From positions 1,060 through 65,059 of the forward strand of contig CBFFRP010000329.1 in NCBI GenBank assembly GCA_965644295.1: 64,000 nucleotides of DNA. Direction: 5' to 3'. This DNA is from Paraphysomonas bandaiensis (taxonomy: Eukaryota; Protista; Chrysophyceae). A program made the position numbers and the translations under genes. The notes below the pieces were generated by a model. It did not search any database. It saw only the letters and a program-made list of their open reading frames with translations, and was not told the DNA's origin. Positions 48,738 through 61,124 of this stretch are shown here, one piece after another (position 1 is the stretch's first letter; every line of letters begins with the position of its first letter).

Positions 48738-50273
48738 AGTGTTGACAGATACACAGATATATATATATATAACGATATGAGACTACTAACAAACAACACA
48801 AACACTCACTGCTCGTTAATTAACACTAACAACAGATGTGCTCATAGGGATAGAAGGCGATATGGCGGGTGTTGAGGATAGTAATACACGATCAGGCTCT
48901 ATGTGTGTGTATACTGTACCGTACATGCTATTGCTATGTGTATGCGGGTGACTGCCATACCCTGCCTGCATATGAGATATGCGGAGATATCATACCTAAC
49001 TGACTACGCCCCTACTGTATTCCACGTACATTTACCACACTGGCGATCATACCATATGTATACACACATAATACCAACAGTATTTTTTTTCAGTTTGTCG
49101 TTTGAAGATACATATATGGTATTAATGGTGCAGGAGAAATGAGATGTTTTCTTAACAACTCAACGAGTTTGGTGGAGCCTCAGTGTCGCAACTGTACTGG
49201 AGACAGTACAGGAAGAGTTAGCTGAAGGGAGGTTTCGAGCCAAACGGAGTATATGTTTGATTTCTATCATGCATGCTCAATGTAGTTGCTAAAGGCTTGG
49301 GGAAATTCCCCGGATATTAAGGCAGAAAGTGCCATCCAGAAATGGAATGCACCCCGATGATGCTGGATGCGAAGAAGGAGTAGTACTCTGGAGCTTACTG
49401 GTGAATTGGGCCTATTTATCAAAACAAAGTTATACCTCCCACGCGTACGCGTGAACTCAACGGGGATTACTCTTAGCTGCTTTTCAGCGGCACCATATAT
49501 GGAAACATTGACTTAATGATTCGAAGGAACAGATGACGCCGGTGTTGAGACTGGTATTCATGAAGTTGATACTCTTGTAATATTACTATCTTTTAGTTTA
49601 TGGTGTTATTTCCTGTAAGCTGATCAGCATGAGCCTCGCACCTAGAGTATTTTCTTGCGAACAAGAAGTGTTGCTGGCTAGATATCTTGCCGTTTCTTGA
49701 ACGATGCATACTAGTATATAGGTTCCATTGTATAGGTTTCTAGTAGCTGTAGATTAGTAACAGAAGTAGCCTGAAGTAAGTAAGTAAGTTGTGACACACC
49801 GTTCTTCAACCTAACTAAACAAGCACCTCCATTGGAGAACACTATACAATCAACTTTCCAAAACTGCGAAGGATATATTAGTCTCGGGTATAGGGTATAA
49901 CTTCACAATTTTACTTTCTAGAATAGTAATGATACTTTTTTCTCCTTTCGTATTCCTTCATTAACGGTGTGGTGATCTAAGCTCTAAGCCCTGGTGCGAA
50001 CCACGCGGCCTTGGGAGGCATAATGTTCCTACTCATGCAAAAGCTTTCGCACTTGACAACTGAGTTTAATTGTAGCATTTACGACACTTAATTAAAGATG
50101 TAATAAAATTGCTAAATAATTTACACAAGATCAGGTATAAGCTATAGCACAACCGACGCTTTTAGCCAACACGAATAGCCATTGTTCTGATACCTGTCAA
50201 CGTATGCCACATTCTATTGTTATTCACAATTCCCTCTAAGTATGTTACAAGCGACGTAGTAATCACCATTCAA

Positions 50274-51776
50274 TTACCACCTTCCTCCACTTCCTCCTCC
50301 GGACGACCCTCCTCCAAATCCCCTACTCGCCCCGCTTGAACCACGGTGAGCCATCTCCCTCCTATGCTGAATATCAGCCAATGTCCGTGTAACTTGCTGC
50401 GAACGAGCTTCAGCAGCTCTAACAAATTCACTTGTAGAACCTGTGTTGACAGCCGTTTGCATATTGTTGTATACATCAGCAGTCATGACTGACGGATAGA
50501 GATAACGCATCCGATTCATGCGGAACAGCACTTCCGGTGCAGACCGATGCATCGGGTTGTAACGAAAACGAGGATTTGAGGGCGGGGCGGAAGATGCTTG
50601 ACAGCTAGGGCCCGCACAATCATCGTAGCTAGGTGGACTATCCCTATATCCAGGAGAATTAAAAGGCCCGGTATTACTCCCGCTAGAGCTATCAGGCGGT
50701 CCACCAGAGGTACCTGGTGGTGCGCCCATATTATTTGGCGTGGCGTTGTTTGGTCGGGGTGGCCGGGGAGCGGTGGGATCGACAGGTTCTCTGCATATAG
50801 GACACGTTTTATCTGCGCGCCTGTCTCTTAAATACTCCTCCAAGCATTTATAGCAAAACGTGTGACCGCAGTGGAGGGCCATTGGACGGGTCGGAAGCCC
50901 ACTACTGCTAGAACTTCCACCATCCGGAGGGTTTAGTGGGGTGCTTCCAGTTCCTTCCAGTGTATCATCAGATCCATTTTGTCGGATTGGTGGATTAAAA
51001 TCTTCTAGACATATAGGGCACGAGGAAAAGTGAAATCTGTTGTCATCCTCATTTTGCACGTCTTGCATTAGTTGGGAAAGAGCTACTTGACCACGTCGAA
51101 GTCCACGCTCATGTCGAGATTGGCGGTAACTTATTACAGCAAAACCAGCGACACACAAGACCAACACCACAACAACTCCCATATCTTCATAACTCTTTGT
51201 TTCCACCTGACGGGGTATATGACTCTTCCCATGAACAATGAGATCAATCTCAACAATAGCTGCTTCAATAGCACCTCCATAATCACCATCACGTAGATAT
51301 GGCTTCATATGTTCAATCAGTGTGTCTAGTATGGGTTTTGACAAGAGACCGGCAAGTCCATTGCCGCGAGATATGAACACCGCACGGTCCTTAAGAGAGA
51401 GAAATATAAGCACTCCATTGAGCTTTTCCTTGTCCCCCACTCCCCATGCATCGTGAAGCTGCATCGCGAAGGCTTTTGCACTGTCATCAATGCTGCTAAT
51501 TCCCTCAGGAGGGATCATACGGTCCACTACAGCTACACCAATCTCCAGTCCCTCTGCGTGCATGACCCGGCCTTCTATCACATCCTTGCTCTCTTTTGAC
51601 AGCGCACCGGACAGATCGCATATCACAGACATCTTCACAGTCTCCCGTCCACATTTCTCAGGGTGAGTGATGGGATTGGGAATGTCTGCTATACGGACTC
51701 CACTAGAGGGATAGGCGTGAGTATACACTGCTACGTGTATACTGTACAACACCGTACACAACACGGCCCGCATCAT
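50274..51776 (-). CDS. TPM-domain / TM / RING-finger protein
   Basis: Signal peptide; FAMQLHDAWGVGD...NGVLIFLS..DR (TPM); TM; CPIC...CGHTFCYKC...CPICR; GFGGGSSGGGSGGRW tail. Confidence 0.9.
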   Translation of the reverse strand: MMRAVLCTVLYSIHVAVYTHAYPSSGVRIADIPNPITHPEKCGRETVKMSVICDLSGALSKESKDVIEGRVMHAEGLEIGVAVVDRMIPPEGISSIDDSAKAFAMQLHDAWGVGDKEKLNGVLIFLSLKDRAVFISRGNGLAGLLSKPILDTLIEHMKPYLRDGDYGGAIEAAIVEIDLIVHGKSHIPRQVETKSYEDMGVVVVLVLCVAGFAVISYRQSRHERGLRRGQVALSQLMQDVQNEDDNRFHFSSCPICLEDFNPPIRQNGSDDTLEGTGSTPLNPPDGGSSSSSGLPTRPMALHCGHTFCYKCLEEYLRDRRADKTCPICREPVDPTAPRPPRPNNATPNNMGAPPGTSGGPPDSSSGSNTGPFNSPGYRDSPPSYDDCAGPSCQASSAPPSNPRFRYNPMHRSAPEVLFRMNRMRYLYPSVMTADVYNNMQTAVNTGSTSEFVRAAEARSQQVTRTLADIQHRREMAHRGSSGASRGFGGGSSGGGSGGRW

Positions 51777-52197
51777 ATGAAAACACTAGAGGATGAGAGA
51801 CTTCACTTGATGGTCTGTATATGAATACCACTCACTTCACCTCACTTCACCTCCTAGAGACACCGGCCCGATATAGTACTACACAGCAGGACCCGTATAG
51901 GTATGTATGTACAGGCAGTGGACTATGGAAGAGATGTGTGTTGTATGGTACACCAAAATATGCCACTTGGCAGTGATGTACCAGAGCTGTATACGTATGT
52001 ATATATGTATGTATTTGCTGTAAGTCTAGAATGAGGTGTGTATACTGTATTATGGTTGTATACAGGGCGGTATGATGTGTGGCAGGTGAGGTATGTATGT
52101 GTATGTATGTGTGTATGTGTATGTATGCTCTGCTGAGAGGATGCGTCTCGTCTCTTAACTCTGAGCTACTGGAACCACATCATCAATAGAGGACACA

Positions 52198-55127
52198 ATG
52201 AAGAGAGGACGAGTGGATGGACAGATATCGAAACAAGAGTATGAGATGGGGTCGCAGGAGTCTCATTCACCTGTAAGTTATACTCATATCACTACACACA
52301 CACACACACACACATCTCTCTATATCTCACTGTATATACAGGGAACATTCCTGCGGGCCACTCCAGGGACACTAGCGAATAGACGCATGCTGGTCCCTAA
52401 AGTATCAAACAAGAAAAAGGAGTTCGTCAAGCACATCAAAGAATTGAATCGAAGTTTTTATGATTATTTTCGTGAGTGTGTTGAGGAGGACCCCAATCAG
52501 CATATGACGACTGTGGTTCAAGACTATATTGATTATGTTTCACAGCTTGAGGATCGATATTTGAGATCATATGGTGAGGTTATGACATTTGGATCTGGTG
52601 ACTGTGGTCAACTGGCTCATGGTGTGGAGGAAGATGATGATCTCATGGTTAAATTCCCACGGATTGTTTACTCTCTAAGGTAGGGTGGGTTATCTTGTGT
52701 AGTTTGTATGTTGCAGAGAGTACTAAAATATTATTCGTCCAGTTAAAGCATATTGCAAGTTAATGTAAACATTTGCTATGTATGGTTTAGGAATAAGAAA
52801 GTGGTTGGTATTGCTTGTGGAGGACTGCACAATGCAGTTTTTACTGAGGACGGACAGGTCTATACATGGGGGTGTGCTGATGATGGATCCCTAGGAAGGT
52901 GTGTACTCTGCCTAATAGACTTTTGCTGCACATGATAGTTTACGTAAACGTATTGTGTTTAGCTGATTTCTTGCTTGCGTGCATCTGTGCCATCATTTAT
53001 TATCACGGCTAATGCTTTTATCCAGGGAGGGCGATGAAAACATGCCTATCCTTGTGGAGGTAAGGATTGATATGTTAATGCTATGCGTATCGTATTACTT
53101 ACGTTAATACACGTAGGGGTTAGCTCATGAAACTATAATTGGCGTAGCATGCGGAGATGGGCAGACCCTTGCAGTTGCTGTGTCTGGTGATGTGTATGGA
53201 TGGGGCTGTTACAAGGACAAAGAAGGCAAGAAGTGGTTCAACCCACAGCCAGGATCCAGCGCCATTAGACGGCAACAGAATGAACCACTAAAAATCCAGG
53301 TCCATTTATTTCGTAGTTAGTCGGCGCGGTCTTCGATTTTCTGATAAATTATCATTATGTAGGGCTTTGCATCAGATTGTCAGGTTGTAGAAATTGCATG
53401 CGGCAGTACTTTCAACGTCGCAAGGTGTGCTAATGGGACTATATATTCATGGGGACTCGGCGAATGCGGAGAGCTCGGCCGGAGTGTACCGGCAATGAAA
53501 TCTGACGGAGAGTACGACGAGGCTAGTATACTTAGGTAAGATACAGTAATGATGTATGTGGACGCGTTAAATGGAAGTAGGATGCATATTACTCCCGGGA
53601 AGATGTTTCTTACGGCAAACAACACTAAGGTGGGTGCACAGCACGTATTGCTAATTTAAATGTCTAATTTTATCATAGGAGGCCGTCAATCCAAAGGCGA
53701 TTGGCTGTGGGGCGTACCACACTCTTGTTGTTATCGGAAATTCAGTATATGTGTGTGGTTTGAATAACTATGGGCAGGTATTTATTTTAGCACATCGCAC
53801 TTGCAGCCATTCAGTATATATGTAATATACACTACATGCAGTATTGATTTAGGGAAGTACTGTGTATCGCCTACAGTAGCCTATCACATAATATATTTCT
53901 CTCATAACAACTGATATTCCTATGATTAAATGCAACATTTCATTCATTTTGTTGCAGTTGGGTATTGGTAGTACAGAGTCGTCGGACTTTCTTACTGAAG
54001 TAGAAGATCTTAGGGGACTGGGTGTGGTAGCCGTTAAAGGGGGTGAGTTACGTCTTTATATTTTGTTGCCATATGGTCCCTTCCAACTTTACTTACGGTA
54101 ATACTGTCTTTTTCTGACTAACAGGAATGCACCATTCCCTTGTCTTAACCTCAAATGGCGTGATGTTTTCCTTTGGTAGAGGTGACTCTGGGCAGGTGTG
54201 TTTGTTTACATGCTTCAGTAACAACGGATATAATTGACTGTAATATGAAGATACATTAGTCATGTATTCACATGAGTGTACACGGTCTGATATAGTTCTG
54301 CATCGAACTTCATTCTGGCATACGTATTTATATTTTTTGTGTAGTTGGGTGTAGCGGGATATGCAGATGGGGCAGCTGGAGACTTCGCAGATAGGCCACA
54401 GGAAATAGTTCTTCCAGCATTGGTATTTTTTTGTCTGATTTGCATTTTTGTTTTGTGTAGCGAACACATTTTGATATTCTCTTCGAAAGTATATATCTTT
54501 ATATGCAATGATATTCATACACTCGGATTCTCATGAATATCTGGTAGGCCGGTAGTGACACGAAAGTGGCTGCCATATCGTGCGGTGCCAACCACAATCT
54601 CGCCGTTCTCAAGAATAACAAAGATGTATGTATAATGCACGCTCTGAATGCACCAGATTGCATTCGTTACTTCGTATTGTAGCGTGGGATTTAGAATATT
54701 ATTCTCGCACCATAGGTGGAGTATTATATATTAACTGTCACTCACCAAGTATGTGTTTGCACAGGTCTTTTCTTGGGGTTATGGGGACATGCTCGCGTTA
54801 GGCCATGGTAAAGAGAGAGACGAAACCACACCTAAGGTATGATATTTGCTTTGATCTTATATATATGTCTTCCTGTGAGACTGAAACTAGATATTCATGA
54901 AACTACCTTATTGATGAAACTTGACTTATATTTTTTAGCGTCTCAACTTTGAAAAAGTGGTGTCCGGAGGAGGCATGGTAGAGAAAGTGGTACAGGTAGA
55001 GATATGGTGTCTGATGCTGTTATATGCCGTGTTAATAAACACTACATGGTGATTGTAACTGTATTCTTAATAGGTTGATGGAGGTGGGCAACATTCTGCG
55101 ATTATTGCAGTGGTGCGAACTACTTAA
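52198..55127 (+). CDS. RCC1: RCC1-repeat protein with Nup50-like N-terminus (multi-exon)
   Basis: Repeated FGSGDCGQL / IACGGLH / WGCADDGSLGR / WGLGECGELGR / WGYGDMLALG RCC1 motifs, C-terminal GGGQHS. Confidence 0.88.
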
Positions 55128-56470
55128 GGCTTGCTATTGGGAAGCTTTCGAAGGGCATATTCTGATACAATTGGGTTTAAAATCGTAGCGGCAGATATAA
55201 TAGGTGCTATTAGATTGCACAGTTTGTTTGTCTACACTCTTAATTGTAACCACAATAATTTGTTCACACTGTGATGTATTATTACTACAGTTGTCACCGA
55301 CCAGGAGGGGGGCGATACTACCATAGATCGCAAAATTATCATAAGATTTCATACATGTCAGACTATTGTGATTATTCATAGCATAATTTGTACGAGATAC
55401 TGTATTAGCATGTAGCTGGTATATAATAGACGACCACTTTCTACAGCTGTTCACTACTATTGTTAAAGGCTTCAACTTGAAGCCAACAAGTATTGGTCAG
55501 TTCTGCCTGTTGAGTTCTGTAGTATGATGCGATATATAATATATATAGTAGTGAATGATCCTCCACCTACTAGTAATGTGCCCCCAACGGCTGTTGCCGC
55601 TTTACCAGGCTTTGATATTATTACATCTTTCTCTGCCCTACGGTGGCAAATACCGTTCAACACAAAGTTTCACCTTATTAACCAGCTTTAAGCTCAATGT
55701 CCCTATTAAGGGTATGGATGAGTCATGTCAGTGTGCCTAGGGCCTCTTCTCCCTCTCTTCGGCCACATTTTGCTGATCACCTCGTCTCCGACAAATCTCT
55801 TGTTTTACCACGTTGTACACGTTCCAAGCCTCACTGCCTGGCTTTGCGACTTCCACCCAACCTAACGGCTTCGGCTAAACCACGTGCCTGCACTAATGCA
55901 GCGCTTACCGCATTCATATGCCATCACATCAGTAGACATCATAGTCTCACCTATCGAATTCTACGGTTACAACCACTCAAAACGTGGCTCGTGCGAGCAG
56001 GTCCACGCAAAAGATCCTCTGGTGCTCTCCATATGGTCACAGAATACTCTCGAACCCTCACAACTGAGCTACAGGGCTGCCTCCTGATGTCCACACAAAA
56101 CAACCCAACATGGTTTCTCTGTGGTCTATGCATCCAGCAGGTTACCCCCTCATTCTGTTCACCTATCACTCCCTCAGCCCATTCCTCTTATTGGACAGAC
56201 ACTGTATTCCGCATACGGTATATTCGGCTACTGTACTACAGTGCCCTACAGGATGTATACCACACAAAAACGGTGCTAGCATGCGGTACACTACGTAGCC
56301 CCGGACCCCATCAATACCCTACCAACACACACCCACTCAATCTTGCTGGTTATGAGTATATCACCTATGCAAGGCCCCAAAGTTCACGCTTAAGTCTCTT
56401 GCGCAACAACACTCGGTTCACATACAGATATACACCAACACTCTCTAGAAGCAACTTCGACACAATTTCA

Positions 56471-58237
56471 ATGAAACGTGAAACAAATTCCAACACTTCC
56501 AGAACCTTCACTCCAAAGTTTGTTCTTCCCCCCTCCTATCAACCAACCAACATTGATGCGCAGATCAAAAATGCTATCAGAGAACAGAAGAAAGCCAAAG
56601 CTGACACTCCCCAGCTAGAGCTCCCATCGGTACGCACCTTTCTGGGATGGGAAAATGACCTACCTGTGGGAGAGTACAAAACACTCGTCCTTACAAACAT
56701 AAAAGCTGCTGATGATGCCACCTTCCTGGGGATAACACACTACCTTATCCATGAGTTGGGGTTTCCCATTCAACCCCCTACCCCCCAAGACATCGCTACC
56801 TTCAGGGCAGCCAAGGATGCACGAACGTGTTCAGACTTACCCGCTCCCACAGCGAGTAGGGTAGTCCGAGCGTTCGACCTAGGCAGACCTGGGTACGAAG
56901 TCCGACAGGGCATGGGAGCGAATGTTACCGCTGACTCATGTATGTACTCCTCCCCTCTATGCTTTGACCTCCATGTAGAAACGGGCACATCAGTCGATGA
57001 CAAAGGCCTCCTTCGGACCGAACGCCGACATGTCCAGATATCACTTTTCCGAACGCCACGAGAACTCTTCGTGGGTCGCACCAAGGATGAGCCCTCGCTG
57101 ATACCAGTGGCGGCTATATATGGGCTACATGCAGACTCAGCGCACACCAGACCTGCACATGCCTTTAGGTTACGAAACACGCTGGATATGCTTCTCCGAA
57201 CGGGAGGTTTCCCCACGCCACCTCTATACGAAGTATTCTGGACTCTAACACACTATAGAGGCAAGACTCGAGCCACTGATAAAACATATAGGTTCTATCA
57301 GATTCTATTACTCCACGATCCCATTCACGATCAGGATCTAAGAGCTAAATTCTATAAAGCACTCTTCAATAATGAAATAGGAGGACATGTCGAAATCAAC
57401 CTCGGCTCACTCTGTTGTAGAATGGTCAGCACTGAAACACCCACGCAAAAGCAGTCCAACTGGACACCGTCTCAAGAACTCTTCCGCATCGCTGTCTGCT
57501 CTGAAACACTCCTATCTCCCATCCAAGTCTGACAAGCCTGTGAGGCTATAGGTATCCCATCCACGGACATAGAGGACATCATTTGGACCGCCCGCAACCC
57601 ACTCACAAGCGGGCGCAAAGAAAAAGAACGCTTAGTTGAACAAACCTACATTTACCTGGACGACAGGAATACCAAGATCAAACTCTGTTGGGAAATCTCA
57701 CGCACAGGTATCGTGCCTTTACTGCGCAAAGCTCTGGGTGACGAAACTCTAAGGCTTCTCTATCACACCATAGCAGTCCCCCCTGGCCTCCCTACTCAGC
57801 GGTTTCTATACGGCCTCCATAAGGCCACAGACACAGCAACAAACGCCCCTCCCATAATACCGCCTCCAACGTCCCTTCAACCCTTCGGTCCAACTGTTGC
57901 TCCACAAATGCAGACCGATACACCGCGATCGTACACTCCCAAACGACAGCGACAGATGGACACATCCCCATCAACAGAGCCAGCACCAGCTCCCACCTGC
58001 CCAGAGCTCTGCGAAATAGCTCTACACATCGCTTCAGATCTTGTACCTCTGTCAAAAATCCATGCCATCCTCGCGCAAATGGAAAACGCGGTTGCAGCTC
58101 TCTATGAGATCGATGCTGGGGCGACTCTCACGGTACTTGATTACTATAAAAACAAGGTAGATCACAGTATCCCAGAAAGGTCCTCAGAAGAACACTCTCG
58201 GGTGGACTCGGACATCTTCGGCTCCGACTCCAACTGA
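56471..58237 (+). CDS. LINE ORF1-like protein with one in-frame TGA (57530-57532)
   Basis: ORFs 55697-57532 and 57713-58237 share a frame and the gap between them is open. Confidence 0.55.
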
Positions 58238-58285
58238 CTCCTACTGGACTGGGACACAACGAACATCAAACGTACACTCATAGAA

Positions 58286-60829
58286 GTGTCCGCAGCTGCT
58301 CACACGTGGTTATCCCCCAGTCCACACTTACATATCCATAGTTGGCCCTCACCTGACACAACGACCTTCGCCTGTAGCACCCACATGCGTCCACCACGTA
58401 AACCGCCAGACAAACAGTCGAGATCCACCAGTGTACATCCCACGAAAAGGCACCAAGGACCGCACTTTTCCTGTGATAATAGTGGTGATGGACCACGAAA
58501 ACGGCCGGCCTCGACACAACGTAAGCGAAACAACCTCCGGCGGCTCAGTCGCAAACGAACTCTGCAACAATTTCGTGAAGGAACAATCCAGTCCCTCCCT
58601 CCACACATACAACGTCAACAGACACGAAACAAGCTCCGCATCCGTGCCCACAACAAGCAAGCATGGCGAGAGCATTTACAACACCTGGCACAACAGTGTG
58701 TAGACACACACAACATCGTGACCACTCCTATACCTGACACAGCACCCACAGCTGTTACAGCACCCCCCCGTCCAGAAGACTCCACACATACTATTTGCCT
58801 CCCTCCGCCCACAGTGGAGGACGAACAAGAGAGAACAATCACTGACACAAGTGTACTGCCTCAACTATTTGTGCCGCACCCTCTGCCAGCTGCCTTCACG
58901 GACCCCGGACTGCAGAATTGGTCCTTCTACTCGCCCAGCGGTCTGTTAGCCATTGCCATACACGAAGAGGTGGTTCACAGTGTCATGTCCATGCTACAAT
59001 CGAGGCACGCTTTAGAACGCATAGAACAGCACCTCAGATGTTCGCTTGAGGAGGGGAAAATGCTGGTTGCACGTCACTACACACACACAGAATACAACAA
59101 CACACCAATGGAGGGCTTCTGCGGACTAGCTGCTATTGCCGCAATATACCACAAACAACCGGAGGAGGACCACTACCCGTATTTAAATCCCGATGATCCA
59201 GCCTCGAAAGCAAAACTGCTCCAAGTCATTCAGACAAGCAGGACGGTACTTAGTACCTACACGCTCGCTGAAGCCAAGATGCTTAACTTTGCATGCATCC
59301 GGAAGAAGCTCCGACAGCAGCTAACAACGTACAACAAAGCACTACGCCGCAAACGACCAACTGCTGTCGGAATACCCCCAGAGCAATGGGGCTACACAGA
59401 CATCATAGCCCTCCTGGCAGAAACCCTGAGTATACGAATTCGTATCTGGCAAGATTCACCAGTGGACCTTGGCCACAACTGGGCGTACTGGTCTACCCAC
59501 CATTCCTCCTTCCTTCCACAAACTCAATTCCTTCCATCTTATGATGTGTTTTGCTCCAACGACCACTTCTTCCTGGACACCAAATACCCGGTGGAGTTGG
59601 AACTACACGCGCTACTCGAGAGAATTCCTGACCTCGTCATCATGCGTCTCCAAAATGTGTTGCAATATCATTCCAAGGGAATGCAAGGAGTACATCGTGC
59701 CAGGTCCATCAACCATCCCTCCCACGCCCTTCAGGGGAAGGAATTCTCTTCCGATAACAGCGGTGACGGACCCAGCAAATCCACCCACACATTACCCTTA
59801 CCCACTAAGGATGCCACCACACCGTATGCAACTCTATTTGACTATTTCCCAGTCAAACGGAGGCCACCTACCACCAACCCTACTCAACTGAACACCATGG
59901 GAACTCCAGCATTAGCCCCAGACGGCCCATCCTCACACTCCACTACCACTCCTGACATCAGGCCGGATGCACTGCCCAAGGACATTGCCACACACCCCCG
60001 ACACTACACAGAGGGCTGGGGTCACACGCCCTTTCACTCCGATCTGCTGATGAACAACTGGGTTAGATATGATGAAACCCAAACCATTGCTGCCTCCCCA
60101 CAGGGAAACCTTTTAAAAGAAATATATGCACACATGCTATCCCCTGCCTGTACAGACATATGGGAAGGATTCATAGCCAAGGCTTCCAGGACGGACAACT
60201 ATGATCTCATGATATCATTCACGCTACCAGAGCACAAATTGGATACCACGCACAGCGCCCTACTAGTTGCCCAGCATCTCGCGAATGGCAACAAACCCTG
60301 GGCAGACTCCACTCATGTTGTATCTAGGCATGTGCGGACCCTTTGCCTGACAAAGGGTATTCCCTCAACAGCCACTGTTAGTCTCCGTAAGACACTCATG
60401 CAATATGAATCCTCGACTCCACACACAGGACTACATCTAGACACGGAGGATTTCCAACTGCTACTCGATCTTCTCTCCATACCATACAGACTATGGGACG
60501 CTGTTCAACCGCACCTGGCGCCTGGTTGGGCACAGCTGTCACCATTCTCCAGACAGGCACTAACAGTGCACGCTTCTACCAACACTGTGGTAACCCATGA
60601 CATCATACGCAGCCAGCATGGGTTTCACATACTCAATGCAACAAATATCCCCACCTGCATCATGCACGCTCTAACACGGACTCAGGAGCGGCTATCCTGT
60701 TTTCTACAACACCAGACCTCCAGACAGAGCACCAATATCCTCTGGACTTCTGAGCCGTCAACTGTACCACCTATGCTACATGAGCACAGAGAGCAACAGG
60801 AACAGAGGGAAGTAATTGCAGTCTCCTAA
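58286..60829 (+). CDS. LINE ORF2 N-terminal part with two OTU-like domains
   Basis: PMEGFCGLAAI...EQWG...NDHF; degenerate second copy LLSIPYRLWD...GWA; ends inside AT-rich insertion. Confidence 0.7.
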   Translation: MSAAAHTWLSPSPHLHIHSWPSPDTTTFACSTHMRPPRKPPDKQSRSTSVHPTKRHQGPHFSCDNSGDGPRKRPASTQRKRNNLRRLSRKRTLQQFREGTIQSLPPHIQRQQTRNKLRIRAHNKQAWREHLQHLAQQCVDTHNIVTTPIPDTAPTAVTAPPRPEDSTHTICLPPPTVEDEQERTITDTSVLPQLFVPHPLPAAFTDPGLQNWSFYSPSGLLAIAIHEEVVHSVMSMLQSRHALERIEQHLRCSLEEGKMLVARHYTHTEYNNTPMEGFCGLAAIAAIYHKQPEEDHYPYLNPDDPASKAKLLQVIQTSRTVLSTYTLAEAKMLNFACIRKKLRQQLTTYNKALRRKRPTAVGIPPEQWGYTDIIALLAETLSIRIRIWQDSPVDLGHNWAYWSTHHSSFLPQTQFLPSYDVFCSNDHFFLDTKYPVELELHALLERIPDLVIMRLQNVLQYHSKGMQGVHRARSINHPSHALQGKEFSSDNSGDGPSKSTHTLPLPTKDATTPYATLFDYFPVKRRPPTTNPTQLNTMGTPALAPDGPSSHSTTTPDIRPDALPKDIATHPRHYTEGWGHTPFHSDLLMNNWVRYDETQTIAASPQGNLLKEIYAHMLSPACTDIWEGFIAKASRTDNYDLMISFTLPEHKLDTTHSALLVAQHLANGNKPWADSTHVVSRHVRTLCLTKGIPSTATVSLRKTLMQYESSTPHTGLHLDTEDFQLLLDLLSIPYRLWDAVQPHLAPGWAQLSPFSRQALTVHASTNTVVTHDIIRSQHGFHILNATNIPTCIMHALTRTQERLSCFLQHQTSRQSTNILWTSEPSTVPPMLHEHREQQEQREVIAVS

Positions 60830-61122
60830 GGAGTAATTCAGTAATTGATGATAACTGCAAAATGAAAAAAGAAATTAACCGTTTGCGTTTCTTGCAATCG
60901 TAAGTTTAATGAGTATTGTCTATTGTATTTTGCATGCAGCAATAACAATAAAGTAATAAACATGTTAAGAACCTAAAAACAGCTTGATAATATTACCTTA
61001 CTTTTATCAACATTCAAGCTGCTGTATAACTTTTCTTAAAATATGTATATTCAACTAGAAATCATTAATGAAAATATTTGGGAAAAATTTTTTCCCAAGT
61101 TTGAAAATAGTTTGCTTCTTGT
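60795..61122. mobile_element. AT-rich insertion interrupting LINE ORF2
   Basis: Abrupt composition shift; imperfect flanking direct repeat CACAGAGAGC/CACCGAGAGC. Confidence 0.6.
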
Positions 61123-61124
61123 CA

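Noticed and set aside
49150-49600. Possible decayed Penelope RT fragment (IPFLD on minus strand)
   Set aside because: Single short motif with multiple stops and no catalytic DD motif; needs a TBLASTN hit
49960-50030. tRNA-like GC patch
   Set aside because: No convincing cloverleaf or T-loop consensus
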